Shown here: in pieces, positions 44,736 through 54,848 of the stretch
How positions within the stretch are numbered: the stretch's first letter is position 1
Layout of the letters: each line of letters starts with the position of its first letter
Assembly (NCBI GenBank): GCA_050250895.1
Contig: JBFWNU010000012.1
Span: 1-64,000, forward strand
Source: Vulcanimicrobiota bacterium
GTDB taxonomy: Bacteria > Vulcanimicrobiota > Xenobia > Xenobiales > JADMJV01
Direction of reading: 5' to 3'
Length of the DNA: 64,000 bases
Position numbers and translations under genes: made by a program
Notes under the pieces: generated by a model
What the model saw: the letters and a program-made list of their open reading frames with translations, nothing else
Told to the model about the DNA's origin: nothing
The model's database searches: none

Positions 44736-45272
44736 TTGGATAGACAGAGCTTCCACGTAGCCGACGAGGCCACGCTTGAAACCACCCTGGACCGAATCGC
44801 CGCCGAGGTGTTAGCCCGGGCCGGTTCGGATGTCCATCTGGTCGGTATCCGGCGCCGCGGAGTGCCGCTGGCCGCTCGGCTGGCGGGAGCCTTACGAGCC
44901 CGGGTCGGGCGTGCCTATAACGTCGGAGAGCTCGAACTCAAGCGCTACTCTGACAATCTGGACATTTTGCATCAGAGGCCTCGTCTGGTCGAACATCCCC
45001 TTCCGTTCGAGGTGGCGGGCGCTCACCTGCTCGTGGTCGATGACGTGCTCTATACCGGGCGGTCACTCTTGCAAGCCGTCTCCCACCTGGAGCGAGCCGG
45101 GGCTGGCCGAATCTCGACCGTGGTGCTGTGTCGGCGAGATGGACTCGAGGTGCCGATCCGGGCCGACTTCGTGGGATGGCACCTCGAGGTCGGGCCGCAG
45201 GGTGTCATCCAGGTCAAGACTCCACCCTACGATGACCAGACCGCCGTCTGGATCGTCGACAAAGAATCCTAA
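44736..45272 (+). CDS. PyrR-like phosphoribosyltransferase
   Basis: VGIRRRGVPLA; LVVDDVLYTGRS; EVPIRADFVG; diverged from canonical PyrR (YSDN for YRDD). Confidence 0.75.
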   Translation: MDRQSFHVADEATLETTLDRIAAEVLARAGSDVHLVGIRRRGVPLAARLAGALRARVGRAYNVGELELKRYSDNLDILHQRPRLVEHPLPFEVAGAHLLVVDDVLYTGRSLLQAVSHLERAGAGRISTVVLCRRDGLEVPIRADFVGWHLEVGPQGVIQVKTPPYDDQTAVWIVDKES

Positions 45273-45357
45273 GCGGCTTCTGTCTCTACTGTCGCTGCAC
45301 CCTGAGGGTGGCTGCCTTTCCGTTGGCCCAGTGTCCCTGCAGTTGAAAGTCGTTGGT

Positions 45358-45657
45358 ATGGCCGGCCACCTTGCCCTGGACCCTCACATCGACGAGATTT
45401 CCAGTCAGGACCTGAGCGGAGACTATCCAGTGATACGCTACGGTCCGCCTGATGGTGAACTGATCGTCGACCTGATTGCCCGACTCGGTGAGCTATTCTC
45501 CTATGACGATATCGAGAGTACTATGATAGACTTTGAGGAGACTCCCGTTCGAGTAGCCACCCCGGCTACTCTATATAAAATGAAGCGCGACACCGTGCGC
45601 CCCCGCGACCGCGCCGACGCTACGGTGCTCCAGCAGAAATTTGGCTTGGAGGATTGA
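45358..45657 (+). pseudogene. C-terminal half of a small nucleotidyltransferase-fold (toxin-like) protein; catalytic N-terminus missing
   Basis: DP.I.EI...DL.GDYPVIRYGPP...VRVATP.TLY.MKRDTVRP.DR.D; no GG or DxD motifs in the upstream frame; locally lower GC. Confidence 0.55.
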
Positions 45658-45658
45658 G

Positions 45659-45898
45659 ATGCCCCTGGAGAAGTTTCGCTCTCACGACGACGCCGAGCGA
45701 GCGCTTTGGCTGCCTAGCGGCGATCCGTCGATCCTGGTACGGCTGAGGGCTCTGTTGGAGTTCAGTCACCGCCTCTGCCCCGGGCAGACCCCGCGTGGAG
45801 TGCGCAAATTCCGCAGCCTGGCCGAGGCTCAGGCCGAGCGAGAGGAATGGGTCCAGGCCCGGATCGACCGGCTGCAGGCCGAGCGCAAGGCTCAGTGA
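45659..45898 (+). CDS. Small hypothetical partner protein, 79 aa (putative antitoxin-like)
   Basis: KFRS motif twice (MPLEKFRS...PRGVRKFRSLAEA); starts 1 nt after the NTase fragment. Confidence 0.6.
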   Translation: MPLEKFRSHDDAERALWLPSGDPSILVRLRALLEFSHRLCPGQTPRGVRKFRSLAEAQAEREEWVQARIDRLQAERKAQ

Positions 45899-46911
45899 GG
45901 AGCCACCCCGGTGGGGTCGGGGCTCCACGAGTGCAGCACCTTCATGTAGTTGTGGCGCTCGAAGGCGGCCGGGTCGGCAGCGTGCTGCTGACTCAGGCTG
46001 CCGCGCATCTGGGCGAGCGAGTCGTACTCGCGCTCTTCAAGCCAGACCTTGAGCCCGGCCAGCATCTGGGCGATGCGACCGCTGCCGTGACGCAGCAACT
46101 CGGAGGTCATCTGGGTGATGCTGGCCCCCGCCAACACTGACTTGACCACGTCCTCGTAAGTGTGCACCCCGCTGGTGATGGCCAGGTCGGCCTGGACCCG
46201 GCCAAACAGGATGGCCACCCAGGTCATGGGCAGGCGCAGGTCGTCGGACGACGAGAGCACCAGTCGCGAGACTACCGTCAGGTGATCGAGGTCGAAGTCT
46301 GGCTGGTAGAAGCGGTTGAACAACACCAGCCCCTTCACCCCGCCTTCGCTCACCAGGCGACGAGCCATATTAGCCGGGGCCGAGAAAAACGGGCTCAGTT
46401 TGACCGCCACCGGAATCTTGACCGTCCTGACAACGAGCTTGACCGTCTCGAGATATTGGTCCTCGACCTGTTGGGCTGAGACCTCGGGGTCGGTGGCCAG
46501 GTTATAGAGGTTGAGTTCCAGCGCCGCGGCGCCGGCTTGCTCGAGGCTGATGGCGTAGTCGGTCCAACCACCCGGAGTGACCCCGTTGAGCGAGGCGATG
46601 ACGGGAATGTCAAGCGATTGGCTGGCCCGCGAGAGCACCGACAGATAGTGGTCGGTGGTCAGGGCGTAGTGGGTGGCCGTCGGCATCAGGGTCATCGCCT
46701 CGGCAAAGCTCTCCGAGCCGTAGGAGCCGTAAAGGTCGAGGAGCGTGCCCTCTTGCTCGATTTGCTCTTCGAACAAGGACGGCATGATCACGGCCGCGGC
46801 GCCCGCCTCGGCCAGGCGCTCGATGCCTTCCAGGCTGCCGGTCAACGGGCCGGCGCCGGCCACCAGCGGGTGGGGCAGGTTCATTCCCAAATAGGTAGTG
46901 GCCAGGTTCAT
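45892..46911 (-). CDS. Dihydroorotate dehydrogenase-like protein (PFOR-associated family)
   Basis: MNLATTYLGMNLPHP; SLFEEQ; VAVKLSPFFS; GLVLFNRFYQPD; FER.NY. Confidence 0.92.
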   Translation of the reverse strand: MNLATTYLGMNLPHPLVAGAGPLTGSLEGIERLAEAGAAAVIMPSLFEEQIEQEGTLLDLYGSYGSESFAEAMTLMPTATHYALTTDHYLSVLSRASQSLDIPVIASLNGVTPGGWTDYAISLEQAGAAALELNLYNLATDPEVSAQQVEDQYLETVKLVVRTVKIPVAVKLSPFFSAPANMARRLVSEGGVKGLVLFNRFYQPDFDLDHLTVVSRLVLSSSDDLRLPMTWVAILFGRVQADLAITSGVHTYEDVVKSVLAGASITQMTSELLRHGSGRIAQMLAGLKVWLEEREYDSLAQMRGSLSQQHAADPAAFERHNYMKVLHSWSPDPTGVAPH

Positions 46912-46912
46912 C

Positions 46913-49900
46913 TCAGTTCTCCATTCCAGCCAGGGCCTGATAGTGTCGGTAGCGTTCTTGCACCATCTCCTGGGCGTCGAGAGCGAACTCCTCGGCCGCC
47001 TCCGGGTTGGTGTGGTGCAGGATGCGAAAGCGTCCTTCGTTGTCGAGGTAGGTGCGCAGCGGTGCGCTGGGCTCTTTGCTGTCGAGCAGCAGCGGGTTGA
47101 GCCCCTGCATGACGCGGCGCGGGTCGTAGCGATAGAGCAACCACTGGCCCGTCTTGACGGCCAGGTTTTGCTGGTTCATGCCTTTGGCCATGTCGATGCC
47201 GTGGGCGATGCACTGGGAGTAGGCAATGATGAGCGACGGCCCGTCATAGCTCTCGGCCTCGCGAAAAGCGCGCAGAGTCTGGGTATCGCTGGCCCCCATA
47301 GCCACTTGAGCAACATAGACATTGCCGTGGCTCATGGCCAGCCTGCCCAGGTCTTTCTTGGGCGTCGGCTTGCCGGCCGCCGTGAACTTGGCCACCGCTC
47401 CCAGCGGAGTGGCCTTTGAGGCCTGGCCGCCGGTGTTGGAATACACCTCGGTATCGAGCACCAGCACGTTGACGTTCTGAGCACTGGCCAGCACGTGATC
47501 CAGGCCGCCATAGCCGATGTCATAGGCCCAGCCATCGCCCCCTACGATCCAGAGGCTGCGCGGCACCAGTCCATCGGCTAAAGCCAGGAGATCCCGAGCT
47601 CGGGGCTCCTGGCTGTCGTTGAGACGCTCTTTGAGTTGGGCCACCCGGGCTCGTTGAGCCTCGGCATCCTTGACATAGCCCATCAGGTCGCGGGCCAGAT
47701 TCTCGCCGATTTCGCCGGCCAATTCGGCTACCAGTCGCAGGGCGTAGGCGCGCTGGTGGTCCAGGGCCAGGCGCATTCCCAGGCCGAACTCGGCGTTGTC
47801 TTCAAACAGCGAGTTGCTCCAGGCGGGGCCGCGTCCGTTCTTGTCGGTGGCCCAGGGGGTGGTGGGCAGGTTGCCGCCATAGATGCTCGAGCAACCGGTG
47901 GCGTTGGCGATGATGGCCCGATCGCCGAATAGCTGGCTGAGCAACTTGAGATAGGGAGTCTCGCCGCAGCCCGCGCAGGCCCCCGAGAATTCAAACCTCG
48001 GCTGCAGCAGTTGCACGTCCTTGACGGTGTGATAGCTCAGATCGGCCGGGGGATGGTCGTCAAGCTCGAGGAAGAACTCCCAGTTGGCTCGCTCGGCATC
48101 GCGCAGATCGTGTTGGGCGGCCATGTTGATGGCCTTGCGCGAGAGGTTGGACTTGTCTTTGGCGGGACAGGCTTCTACACACAGCCGGCAGCCCGTGCAG
48201 TCTTCCACCGAGACCTGCAGGGTGTAACGCAGCTCTTTCATCTCTTTCCAGCGGCATGGGTCCGACTTGAAAGTGGGCGGGGCCGTCTCGAGTCGCTCGG
48301 CCGGATACGCCTTGGCGCGAATCACCGAGTGAGGGCATACCATCACGCATTTGCCGCACTGGATACATAGGTCCGGCTCCCACACCGGTACGTCGAGCGA
48401 CAGATTGCGCTTTTCCCAGCGGGTGGTGGCGCTGGGATAGGTGCCGTCGACGGGTAGAGCGCTAACCGGCAGCAGATCGCCCTGTTCGGCCAGTATCCTG
48501 GCCGTCACCTCGCGCACGAATTCCGGCGCCTGGGCGGGCACCGGGTCCGGAGTGGGCGGTCCGTCGCAAGCTCCCACCTCGAGGCGATAAAGCCCGTCGA
48601 GAGCCGAATCGACCGCCTTGAAGTTGCGCTCGACCAGGCTGCGCCCACCTTTGCCATAGCTCTTCTCGATGGCGGTCTTGATCCGGGCGAGGGCCTGTTC
48701 TTTAGGCAGAACCTTGCTGATGGCGAAAAAGCAGGTCTGCATGATGGTGTTGATGCGCACTCCGAGCCCCAGCGAGCGAGCCACCTGATAGGCGTCGATG
48801 GCCCACACTTCGAGTTCGAGGTCGCGGATTTGGGCCTGGACCTGGGCCGGTATTTTTGACCAGGTCAACTCGGGCGAGAAGGGGCTGTTGAGCAGCAGCG
48901 TGGCTCTGGGCTCGATGCGTTCGAGCACCGGGAAGCGGCGCAAGAACTCGAACTGATGCACGGCCACGAAACTGGCTTTTTGGATTAGATAGGGGCTGGC
49001 GATCGGCTTGGGGCCAAAGCGCAGATGGCTGACGGTGCGGGCTCCGGCCTTCTTGGAGTCATAGACGAAATATCCCTGGGCAAAGCTGGGGGTCTCTTCG
49101 CCGATGATCTTGACCGTGTTCTTGTTGGCTCCCACCGTGCCATCCGAGCCCAGACCCCAGAAGAGCGCGCGTACGGTCTGGGAACACTCGGTGATGAAGT
49201 TCGGGTCGTAGTCGAGATGGCTGTGGGTGAGGTCGTCGATGATGCCGATGGTGAAATGCCGCTTGGGTCGGTCCTTCTGGAGTTCGCTCAGGATAGCCGC
49301 GGCCATGGCCGGGGTGAATTCCTTCGACGATAGACCGTAGCGACCGCCAATGATGGTGGGTAGGCGACCTTCCCAACCTTCGACCAGGGCCGTGACTACG
49401 TCCTGATAGAGAGGCTCGCCGGCCGAGCCCGGCTCCTTGGTGCGATCGAGCACCGCCACGGCCCGGGTGGTTCTGGGCAGAGCGGCCACCAGATGCTCGA
49501 CCGAGAAAGGACGGAACAGGCGCACCTTGACCAGGCCCACTTGTTCGCCCCGCGCGACCAGGGCCTGGACCGCCTCTTCGGCGGTATCGCAGGCCGAGCC
49601 CATCAAAACCAGCACCCGTTCGGCCTCGGGATGGCCCACGTAGTCAAACAGCCGATAGTGGCGCCCAGTCAGCTCGGCAAATTGGTCCAGGGCCGCTTGA
49701 ACGATGCCGGGAGTGGCTTGATAGTAGGGATTGACGCTCTCGCGGGCCTGGAAGAACACGTCGGGATTCTGAGCCGTGCCACGAATGAAGGGATGATCGG
49801 GAGAAAGCGCTCGCTCCCGGTGGGCCCGAATAGCCTCTGAATCCAGCATCTTCGCAATCGTGTCGGGGTCGAGGTCCTCGATGGTGGCCAACTCGTGCGA

Positions 49901-50422
49901 GGTGCGAAAGCCGTCCATCACGTGCAAAAAGGGAACGCGGGCTTTCAGGGTGGCAGCCTGGGCAATGAGGGCGAAATCCATGGCTTCTTGCACCGAGTTG
50001 GCAAAGAGCTGGGCGAAACCGGTGGCCCGGGCGGCCATCACGTCGCTGTGGTCGCCGAAGATGGAAAGCGCCTGAGCCGCGACGGAGCGAGCCGCGATAT
50101 GAATCACGGTACTGGTCAGTTCCCCCGCGATCTTGTACATATTGGGAATCATCAAGAGCAGGCCCTGGCTGGCCGTGAAGGTGGTGGTCAGGGAGCCAGC
50201 CTGGAGTGCTCCGTGGACGGCCCCGGCCGCGCCTCCCTCAGCCTGCATCTCTTGGACCCGGGGCACCGAGCCCCACAGGTTGGGCCGCCCCTCGGCCGCC
50301 CACTGGTCGGCCCACTCGCCCATCGGCGAGGCCGGAGTGATGGGATAGATGGCGATGACTTCGTTGACGAGATAGGCGACTTTGGCGACGGCCTCATTGC
50401 CGTCTCTGGTGACAGAACCCAT
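46913..50422 (-). CDS. nifJ: Pyruvate:ferredoxin (flavodoxin) oxidoreductase
   Basis: IYPITPASPM; CIQCGKC...CP; CTGCRLC...CP; FSGACAGCGETPY; GGDGWAYDIG; YSNTGGQ. Confidence 0.97.
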   Translation of the reverse strand: MGSVTRDGNEAVAKVAYLVNEVIAIYPITPASPMGEWADQWAAEGRPNLWGSVPRVQEMQAEGGAAGAVHGALQAGSLTTTFTASQGLLLMIPNMYKIAGELTSTVIHIAARSVAAQALSIFGDHSDVMAARATGFAQLFANSVQEAMDFALIAQAATLKARVPFLHVMDGFRTSHELATIEDLDPDTIAKMLDSEAIRAHRERALSPDHPFIRGTAQNPDVFFQARESVNPYYQATPGIVQAALDQFAELTGRHYRLFDYVGHPEAERVLVLMGSACDTAEEAVQALVARGEQVGLVKVRLFRPFSVEHLVAALPRTTRAVAVLDRTKEPGSAGEPLYQDVVTALVEGWEGRLPTIIGGRYGLSSKEFTPAMAAAILSELQKDRPKRHFTIGIIDDLTHSHLDYDPNFITECSQTVRALFWGLGSDGTVGANKNTVKIIGEETPSFAQGYFVYDSKKAGARTVSHLRFGPKPIASPYLIQKASFVAVHQFEFLRRFPVLERIEPRATLLLNSPFSPELTWSKIPAQVQAQIRDLELEVWAIDAYQVARSLGLGVRINTIMQTCFFAISKVLPKEQALARIKTAIEKSYGKGGRSLVERNFKAVDSALDGLYRLEVGACDGPPTPDPVPAQAPEFVREVTARILAEQGDLLPVSALPVDGTYPSATTRWEKRNLSLDVPVWEPDLCIQCGKCVMVCPHSVIRAKAYPAERLETAPPTFKSDPCRWKEMKELRYTLQVSVEDCTGCRLCVEACPAKDKSNLSRKAINMAAQHDLRDAERANWEFFLELDDHPPADLSYHTVKDVQLLQPRFEFSGACAGCGETPYLKLLSQLFGDRAIIANATGCSSIYGGNLPTTPWATDKNGRGPAWSNSLFEDNAEFGLGMRLALDHQRAYALRLVAELAGEIGENLARDLMGYVKDAEAQRARVAQLKERLNDSQEPRARDLLALADGLVPRSLWIVGGDGWAYDIGYGGLDHVLASAQNVNVLVLDTEVYSNTGGQASKATPLGAVAKFTAAGKPTPKKDLGRLAMSHGNVYVAQVAMGASDTQTLRAFREAESYDGPSLIIAYSQCIAHGIDMAKGMNQQNLAVKTGQWLLYRYDPRRVMQGLNPLLLDSKEPSAPLRTYLDNEGRFRILHHTNPEAAEEFALDAQEMVQERYRHYQALAGMEN

Positions 50423-50483
50423 GCTGACAGACTAGGGCAAGGTATTCGTCAGTCCAATGATCCATGTCAGCGGCCGCGCCGCT

Positions 50484-51563
50484 TTATACGCGGGCCAGCC
50501 AGAAGCTGGTCTCGAGCACCGAGTTGATGGAAGCTGCGTTTTCGCGGGTGAAGATCTGCTTGGCGGCCTGGGAGATCTTGCCCCGGCGCAGCGAGTCGAC
50601 GGCATCGGCCACCGAGACGGCCACGTGCTGTTGCACACTGGCGTCGCGGAAGCAATCGACCATACATGATTGGCAGCCATCGCGGATTCTCTGGCTGCCG
50701 TCGAACTCGAAGATATGGCACATCGGGCGCTTCCAGCTGTTGCAACGCCAGAGATAGAGGTTCCAATCGAGATAGAACTGCTTCCAACCACCCAGGCACT
50801 CGAAGCGTTGAGGGCGCTCGTCGAGGTGGGCGTGCATGTCATCGAGCGAGGCGGTGGGGTTGAGCACGGGAATGTCGCGCTTGAGTCCCTTGACGGTCTC
50901 GATCCAGTCGTGCAATTCGTCTTTCGAGAAGGTGACCAGATCAGAATCGGCCGCCCCCAGATAAGACGACTCGAGGGCCGTCAGTGGAAACGAGAAGGTC
51001 ACCGCTTCAAAGCCTAGATCGCGCAGAAACTCCGGCAACTTGCCCGGAGTCTTGATCAGGCGGCTGCAGGTGACCGACGCCGTACAACCGATCTTGTGGT
51101 GGCGGAAGCGTTCGAGCCCCTTCTTGATCTTCTCGCAAACCCCGGACAGTCCGCGGTTGTGTTCGTGGGCCTGGACATCGGGGGCGTCGATCGAGATGAT
51201 CACCCCGGAAAGGCCGGTCTCGGCCAGAGCGTCGATACTGCGCTCGGTGAAAGCCGAGCCGTTACTGACCATCATGGTGGTCATACCGACCTCTTTGGCG
51301 TGCTTGAGAATGTCGTTGCAATGGCGGTGGACCATCGGTTCGCCACCGGTCACGACCAGAAAGCGAACACCGTGGGTGTAGAGAACATCGATGGCTCGCA
51401 GGGCATCTCCGAGTAGCACCGACTTGCCCGATTTGGCCGGCAGCCGGTCCCGGGAAAAACTACAGAAATCGCAGGCGGCATTACAGACGTTGGTAATGGC
51501 GAATTGGCAAGTGCTGGGCCCGCCGTCAACAAAGACCTGCTTCACAATCTCAAGCCACTTCAT
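50484..51563 (-). CDS. Radical SAM protein
   Basis: CNAACDFC; TGGEP; ISID; C-terminal C...C...CQSCMVDC. Confidence 0.9.
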   Translation of the reverse strand: MKWLEIVKQVFVDGGPSTCQFAITNVCNAACDFCSFSRDRLPAKSGKSVLLGDALRAIDVLYTHGVRFLVVTGGEPMVHRHCNDILKHAKEVGMTTMMVSNGSAFTERSIDALAETGLSGVIISIDAPDVQAHEHNRGLSGVCEKIKKGLERFRHHKIGCTASVTCSRLIKTPGKLPEFLRDLGFEAVTFSFPLTALESSYLGAADSDLVTFSKDELHDWIETVKGLKRDIPVLNPTASLDDMHAHLDERPQRFECLGGWKQFYLDWNLYLWRCNSWKRPMCHIFEFDGSQRIRDGCQSCMVDCFRDASVQQHVAVSVADAVDSLRRGKISQAAKQIFTRENAASINSVLETSFWLARV

Positions 51564-51686
51564 CGCAAGGCCGCCGTTCGCCGGGAGGATGGCAACCCCT
51601 CCCCAGGTAGGGGTTCCGTGCTTTTTGTCACATCTAGACCTGCAAAACCTTGTGGTATAGTCGCAAGTGGAAGATTGGAGGCCCGC

Positions 51687-54600
51687 GTGAGAGCCTGGTT
51701 AACATTGTTTGTCGGACTCGTGATGTCGCTGTCGGCAGTCGCCGATTCTCCCACGCTCGTTTTGGCGAGTGGGCACGCCGGCAAGATTGTGGCGCTGGCG
51801 GTGAGCCCCGACGGGCGTTGGGTCGCCAGCAGCGGCTTCGAGGGACTGGTCAAGGTGTGGGACGTTAGCAACCAGCGGGTGGTGGCCACCCTCCAGGACC
51901 CGGCCCTCAAGCCCGACCGAAGGATTCATCTCAACTATACCTCGCTGGCCTTCACTCCCGACGGCAAACTGCTCGTCGCCACCAATGACGGTTCCATGCG
52001 ATTGTGGGACCCGGCTTCAGCTGCCCTGCTCCGAAGCTTTCAGGTGGGACCCACGGAGACCGAAGAAGGAACTCGGCTGGCCCTGTTGCCTCAGGTCGGG
52101 CGAGCGGTGGTCGCCAGAGCCGACACCGTCTACCTCATCGACTATGCAAGAGGGGCGACGGTCGATACCCTCCGCCAGGAGGGAATGGTCTTCTCAAGTC
52201 TGACCACGTCGAGTAGTGGCCGCGTGGCCGTCGGAGCAACCAGCACGGGCGGAGGCGTGTTACTGCTTGACCCAAACTTTAAAAAGCAGCGTTTTCTCGA
52301 ACTTCCCGAGCGCTGGGGAGCCGAGCAGCTAGACTACTCCGCCCAGGGCGAGCGTCTGGCGATTCTGTCGGGTAGCGGCGACCTGTTGCTCTGGGATGGC
52401 AACCAGCTCTCGAAGACCGGGATTCTCGGGCACAGCGGTAAGATCCGTTGGAACGGGCCGAATCTGTTGGTTTCGTCGCAGGTCATCGACGAGTCGCCTC
52501 TGCGAGAGCTAGACGGTCAGGCCAGGCTGATCAAAACGGCCAGCTTGGACGGTGTCTTCGAGTCCATGCATCCGTTCCCCGATGGTAAGCATGTCATGCT
52601 CGGCTTTTACAACGGTGAGCTCGGCTACTATGGACTCGAGGACCAGAAGCTGACGCGCTGGAACGGCATCGTCTTCCGGCCGAACGCCATCGCGACCGCA
52701 AGCAACTTGCTAGCTCTCGGCGGCAGGCAAGGCGAGGTGTGTGTCTTCGATCTCAATCAGGGTCGCGTCTCGGCCCATCTGCAAGCGACCGTGGGCTCGG
52801 CCGAGAGCCTGGCAATCTCGCTGGCGGCGGGACAGGTCGCCGCCAGCGACTACTACTCCGGGCGGGTCCAGGTCTATGACATGAAGACCCTCAAGGAGAT
52901 CGGCCGTTTCGAATCTCAAACGGGCGACGCTTCGACTTCGTTGGCCTACAGTGCCGATGGCAGCAGGTTCGCTATCTTGCACAGCTCAGGCCGGGTCGAC
53001 CTGTATGATACCTCGGCCCTTAGAGCGGCAGGGCACCTCGAGCCCCCTTCTGTCAAGATGCGAGCCTTCTCGTCGCTGGCCTTCCATCCCAGCGGAAACC
53101 GGGTGGCCGCCTGCAACCGGCAGGGCGATGTGGTCGAGTGGCTGCTTTCGAGCAAAGCCACCATCCAGCGCCGGGTCTATCACCGAGAGGGTACTTCGAC
53201 CCATCTCAACCAGGTTGTCTATAGCCCCGACGGTCGCTGGCTCGCGGTGGCGGCCAACTCGGGCGAGGTGTCGATCTTCGAGGTCGACTTCGAGGACGCG
53301 CCCACCGTGGTCGAGGCCCCCGGACCGTGCATGAGTCTCGATTTTTCGCCGGACAGCCGCACCCTCGCACTGGGGGGTACCACTGGTGAATTGGCCCTTA
53401 TCGACGTGAAAACGGGCCGGGAGCGCTCACGCCATGCCGGCCACGTGGGCACCATCGTCGACCTCGGCTTCAGTCGGAACGGCCAGGCGATCTTTTCCGC
53501 CGGTCTTGACGGCACGGTTCGCATCTGGGCCGGCAGCGACGGTCGACCCCTGGCCACGCTGCTAGCCACCGGTGGGGCCGAGTGGGTGTTGGCGACCCCC
53601 CAGGGCTCGTTCGATGGCACCCCGGAAGGACAGCGGGTGCTCGAATGGCGGGTGGGTGACACCATCTTCGCCCTCGACCAGTTCTTCAACCAGTACTTCA
53701 CTCCGGGTCTGTTGACCACCCTGGTCGGCACCGGCCAGGAGATCGCTGCCCCCGAGGCTCCTCAGGCCTTGAAAGCGCCACCTCGGGTGACCATCCTCTC
53801 GCCTGGGCCGGGCGACCGCTTCGAGGCCGAGGCCGAGGTGAAGGTGGGAGTGGAAGAAAATGGAGGTGGCCTGGACGGTCCCTACCTTTTTGTCAACGGA
53901 CACCGACTGCCCGACAACTTCCGCTCCTCGACCGGACCTGGGCAGTACACTTTCCGCGCTCCCTTGACCAAAGGGCACAACGTGCTGCGGGCTACGGCCT
54001 TCAATGCCGACCGCAGCGTCGAGAGTCGTGGGGCCCGGGTCACGGTCGAAAGCGATGCCGCCGTGTCTCGCCAGCCCGCGCTTCACATCCTGGCCGTGGG
54101 CGTAGATCACTACAAATCGGGTCTCACGCTCGGCTACGCTCGCGACGACGCGAGCGCCATCGCCAAAGCGTTCAATTCGGACCTTTTCTCGGACGTTCGG
54201 GTCAAGCTTCTGCTCGACGAGCAGGCTTCCGGGCAGGGCCTGCAGGCGGCCTTCGCCCAACTCGAACAAGAGGCTCTGCCCCACGATACGGTGATTGTCT
54301 ATCTGGCCGGTCACGGCACGCTGGTGGGTGACGTCTACTATTTTCTACCCTACGACGCCGCCTACGGCAGTGACGAGGAACTGCGTAAAACCGGCCTTTC
54401 CAGCACCGAACTGGCCGAGCACCTGACTCGGGTGTCGGCCACCAAACAGTTGGTCGTCCTCGATACCTGTCGTTCCGGCGCGGCCGCTCCCGTCCTGGGC
54501 AAGTTTCTGGCCGCCCGCGACGGCCTCTCGCTGATCAAGGCCCAGCAACGGTTGGCACGAGCCAGCGGTACTTTCTTGCTGGCCGCCTCCACGGCCGAGC

Positions 54601-54848
54601 AGTATGCCAAGGAGGTTCCCGAACTTGGTCACGGGATATTGACTTACGCCCTGCTGAAAGGACTCGGGGATAAGGCGGCCCCCCAAGCCCATCTCAGCGA
54701 CGACGGTAGCGTCTCGGTCAATGCCCTGCTGCAGTACGTCGCCGGCCAGGTGCCCGATCTCACCACGCGCTACCACGGCGAGATGCAGAACGTGGTGCAA
54801 TATAGCACGGGGCAGGATTTTCCGCTCAAGCTCGAGGTTAAACGCTGA
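51687..54848 (+). CDS. Secreted WD40-repeat + Ig-like + caspase-family (peptidase C14) protein
   Basis: GGAGG then GTG at 51687; signal peptide; GH...WD repeats; YLAGHG and LDTCRSG catalytic dyad. Confidence 0.9.
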   Translation: MRAWLTLFVGLVMSLSAVADSPTLVLASGHAGKIVALAVSPDGRWVASSGFEGLVKVWDVSNQRVVATLQDPALKPDRRIHLNYTSLAFTPDGKLLVATNDGSMRLWDPASAALLRSFQVGPTETEEGTRLALLPQVGRAVVARADTVYLIDYARGATVDTLRQEGMVFSSLTTSSSGRVAVGATSTGGGVLLLDPNFKKQRFLELPERWGAEQLDYSAQGERLAILSGSGDLLLWDGNQLSKTGILGHSGKIRWNGPNLLVSSQVIDESPLRELDGQARLIKTASLDGVFESMHPFPDGKHVMLGFYNGELGYYGLEDQKLTRWNGIVFRPNAIATASNLLALGGRQGEVCVFDLNQGRVSAHLQATVGSAESLAISLAAGQVAASDYYSGRVQVYDMKTLKEIGRFESQTGDASTSLAYSADGSRFAILHSSGRVDLYDTSALRAAGHLEPPSVKMRAFSSLAFHPSGNRVAACNRQGDVVEWLLSSKATIQRRVYHREGTSTHLNQVVYSPDGRWLAVAANSGEVSIFEVDFEDAPTVVEAPGPCMSLDFSPDSRTLALGGTTGELALIDVKTGRERSRHAGHVGTIVDLGFSRNGQAIFSAGLDGTVRIWAGSDGRPLATLLATGGAEWVLATPQGSFDGTPEGQRVLEWRVGDTIFALDQFFNQYFTPGLLTTLVGTGQEIAAPEAPQALKAPPRVTILSPGPGDRFEAEAEVKVGVEENGGGLDGPYLFVNGHRLPDNFRSSTGPGQYTFRAPLTKGHNVLRATAFNADRSVESRGARVTVESDAAVSRQPALHILAVGVDHYKSGLTLGYARDDASAIAKAFNSDLFSDVRVKLLLDEQASGQGLQAAFAQLEQEALPHDTVIVYLAGHGTLVGDVYYFLPYDAAYGSDEELRKTGLSSTELAEHLTRVSATKQLVVLDTCRSGAAAPVLGKFLAARDGLSLIKAQQRLARASGTFLLAASTAEQYAKEVPELGHGILTYALLKGLGDKAAPQAHLSDDGSVSVNALLQYVAGQVPDLTTRYHGEMQNVVQYSTGQDFPLKLEVKR

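Noticed and set aside
44736-46911. PyrR-like and DHODH-like genes as a pyrimidine operon
   Set aside because: They are on opposite strands, no other pyr genes are present, and the DHODH-like gene belongs to the family normally paired with PFOR
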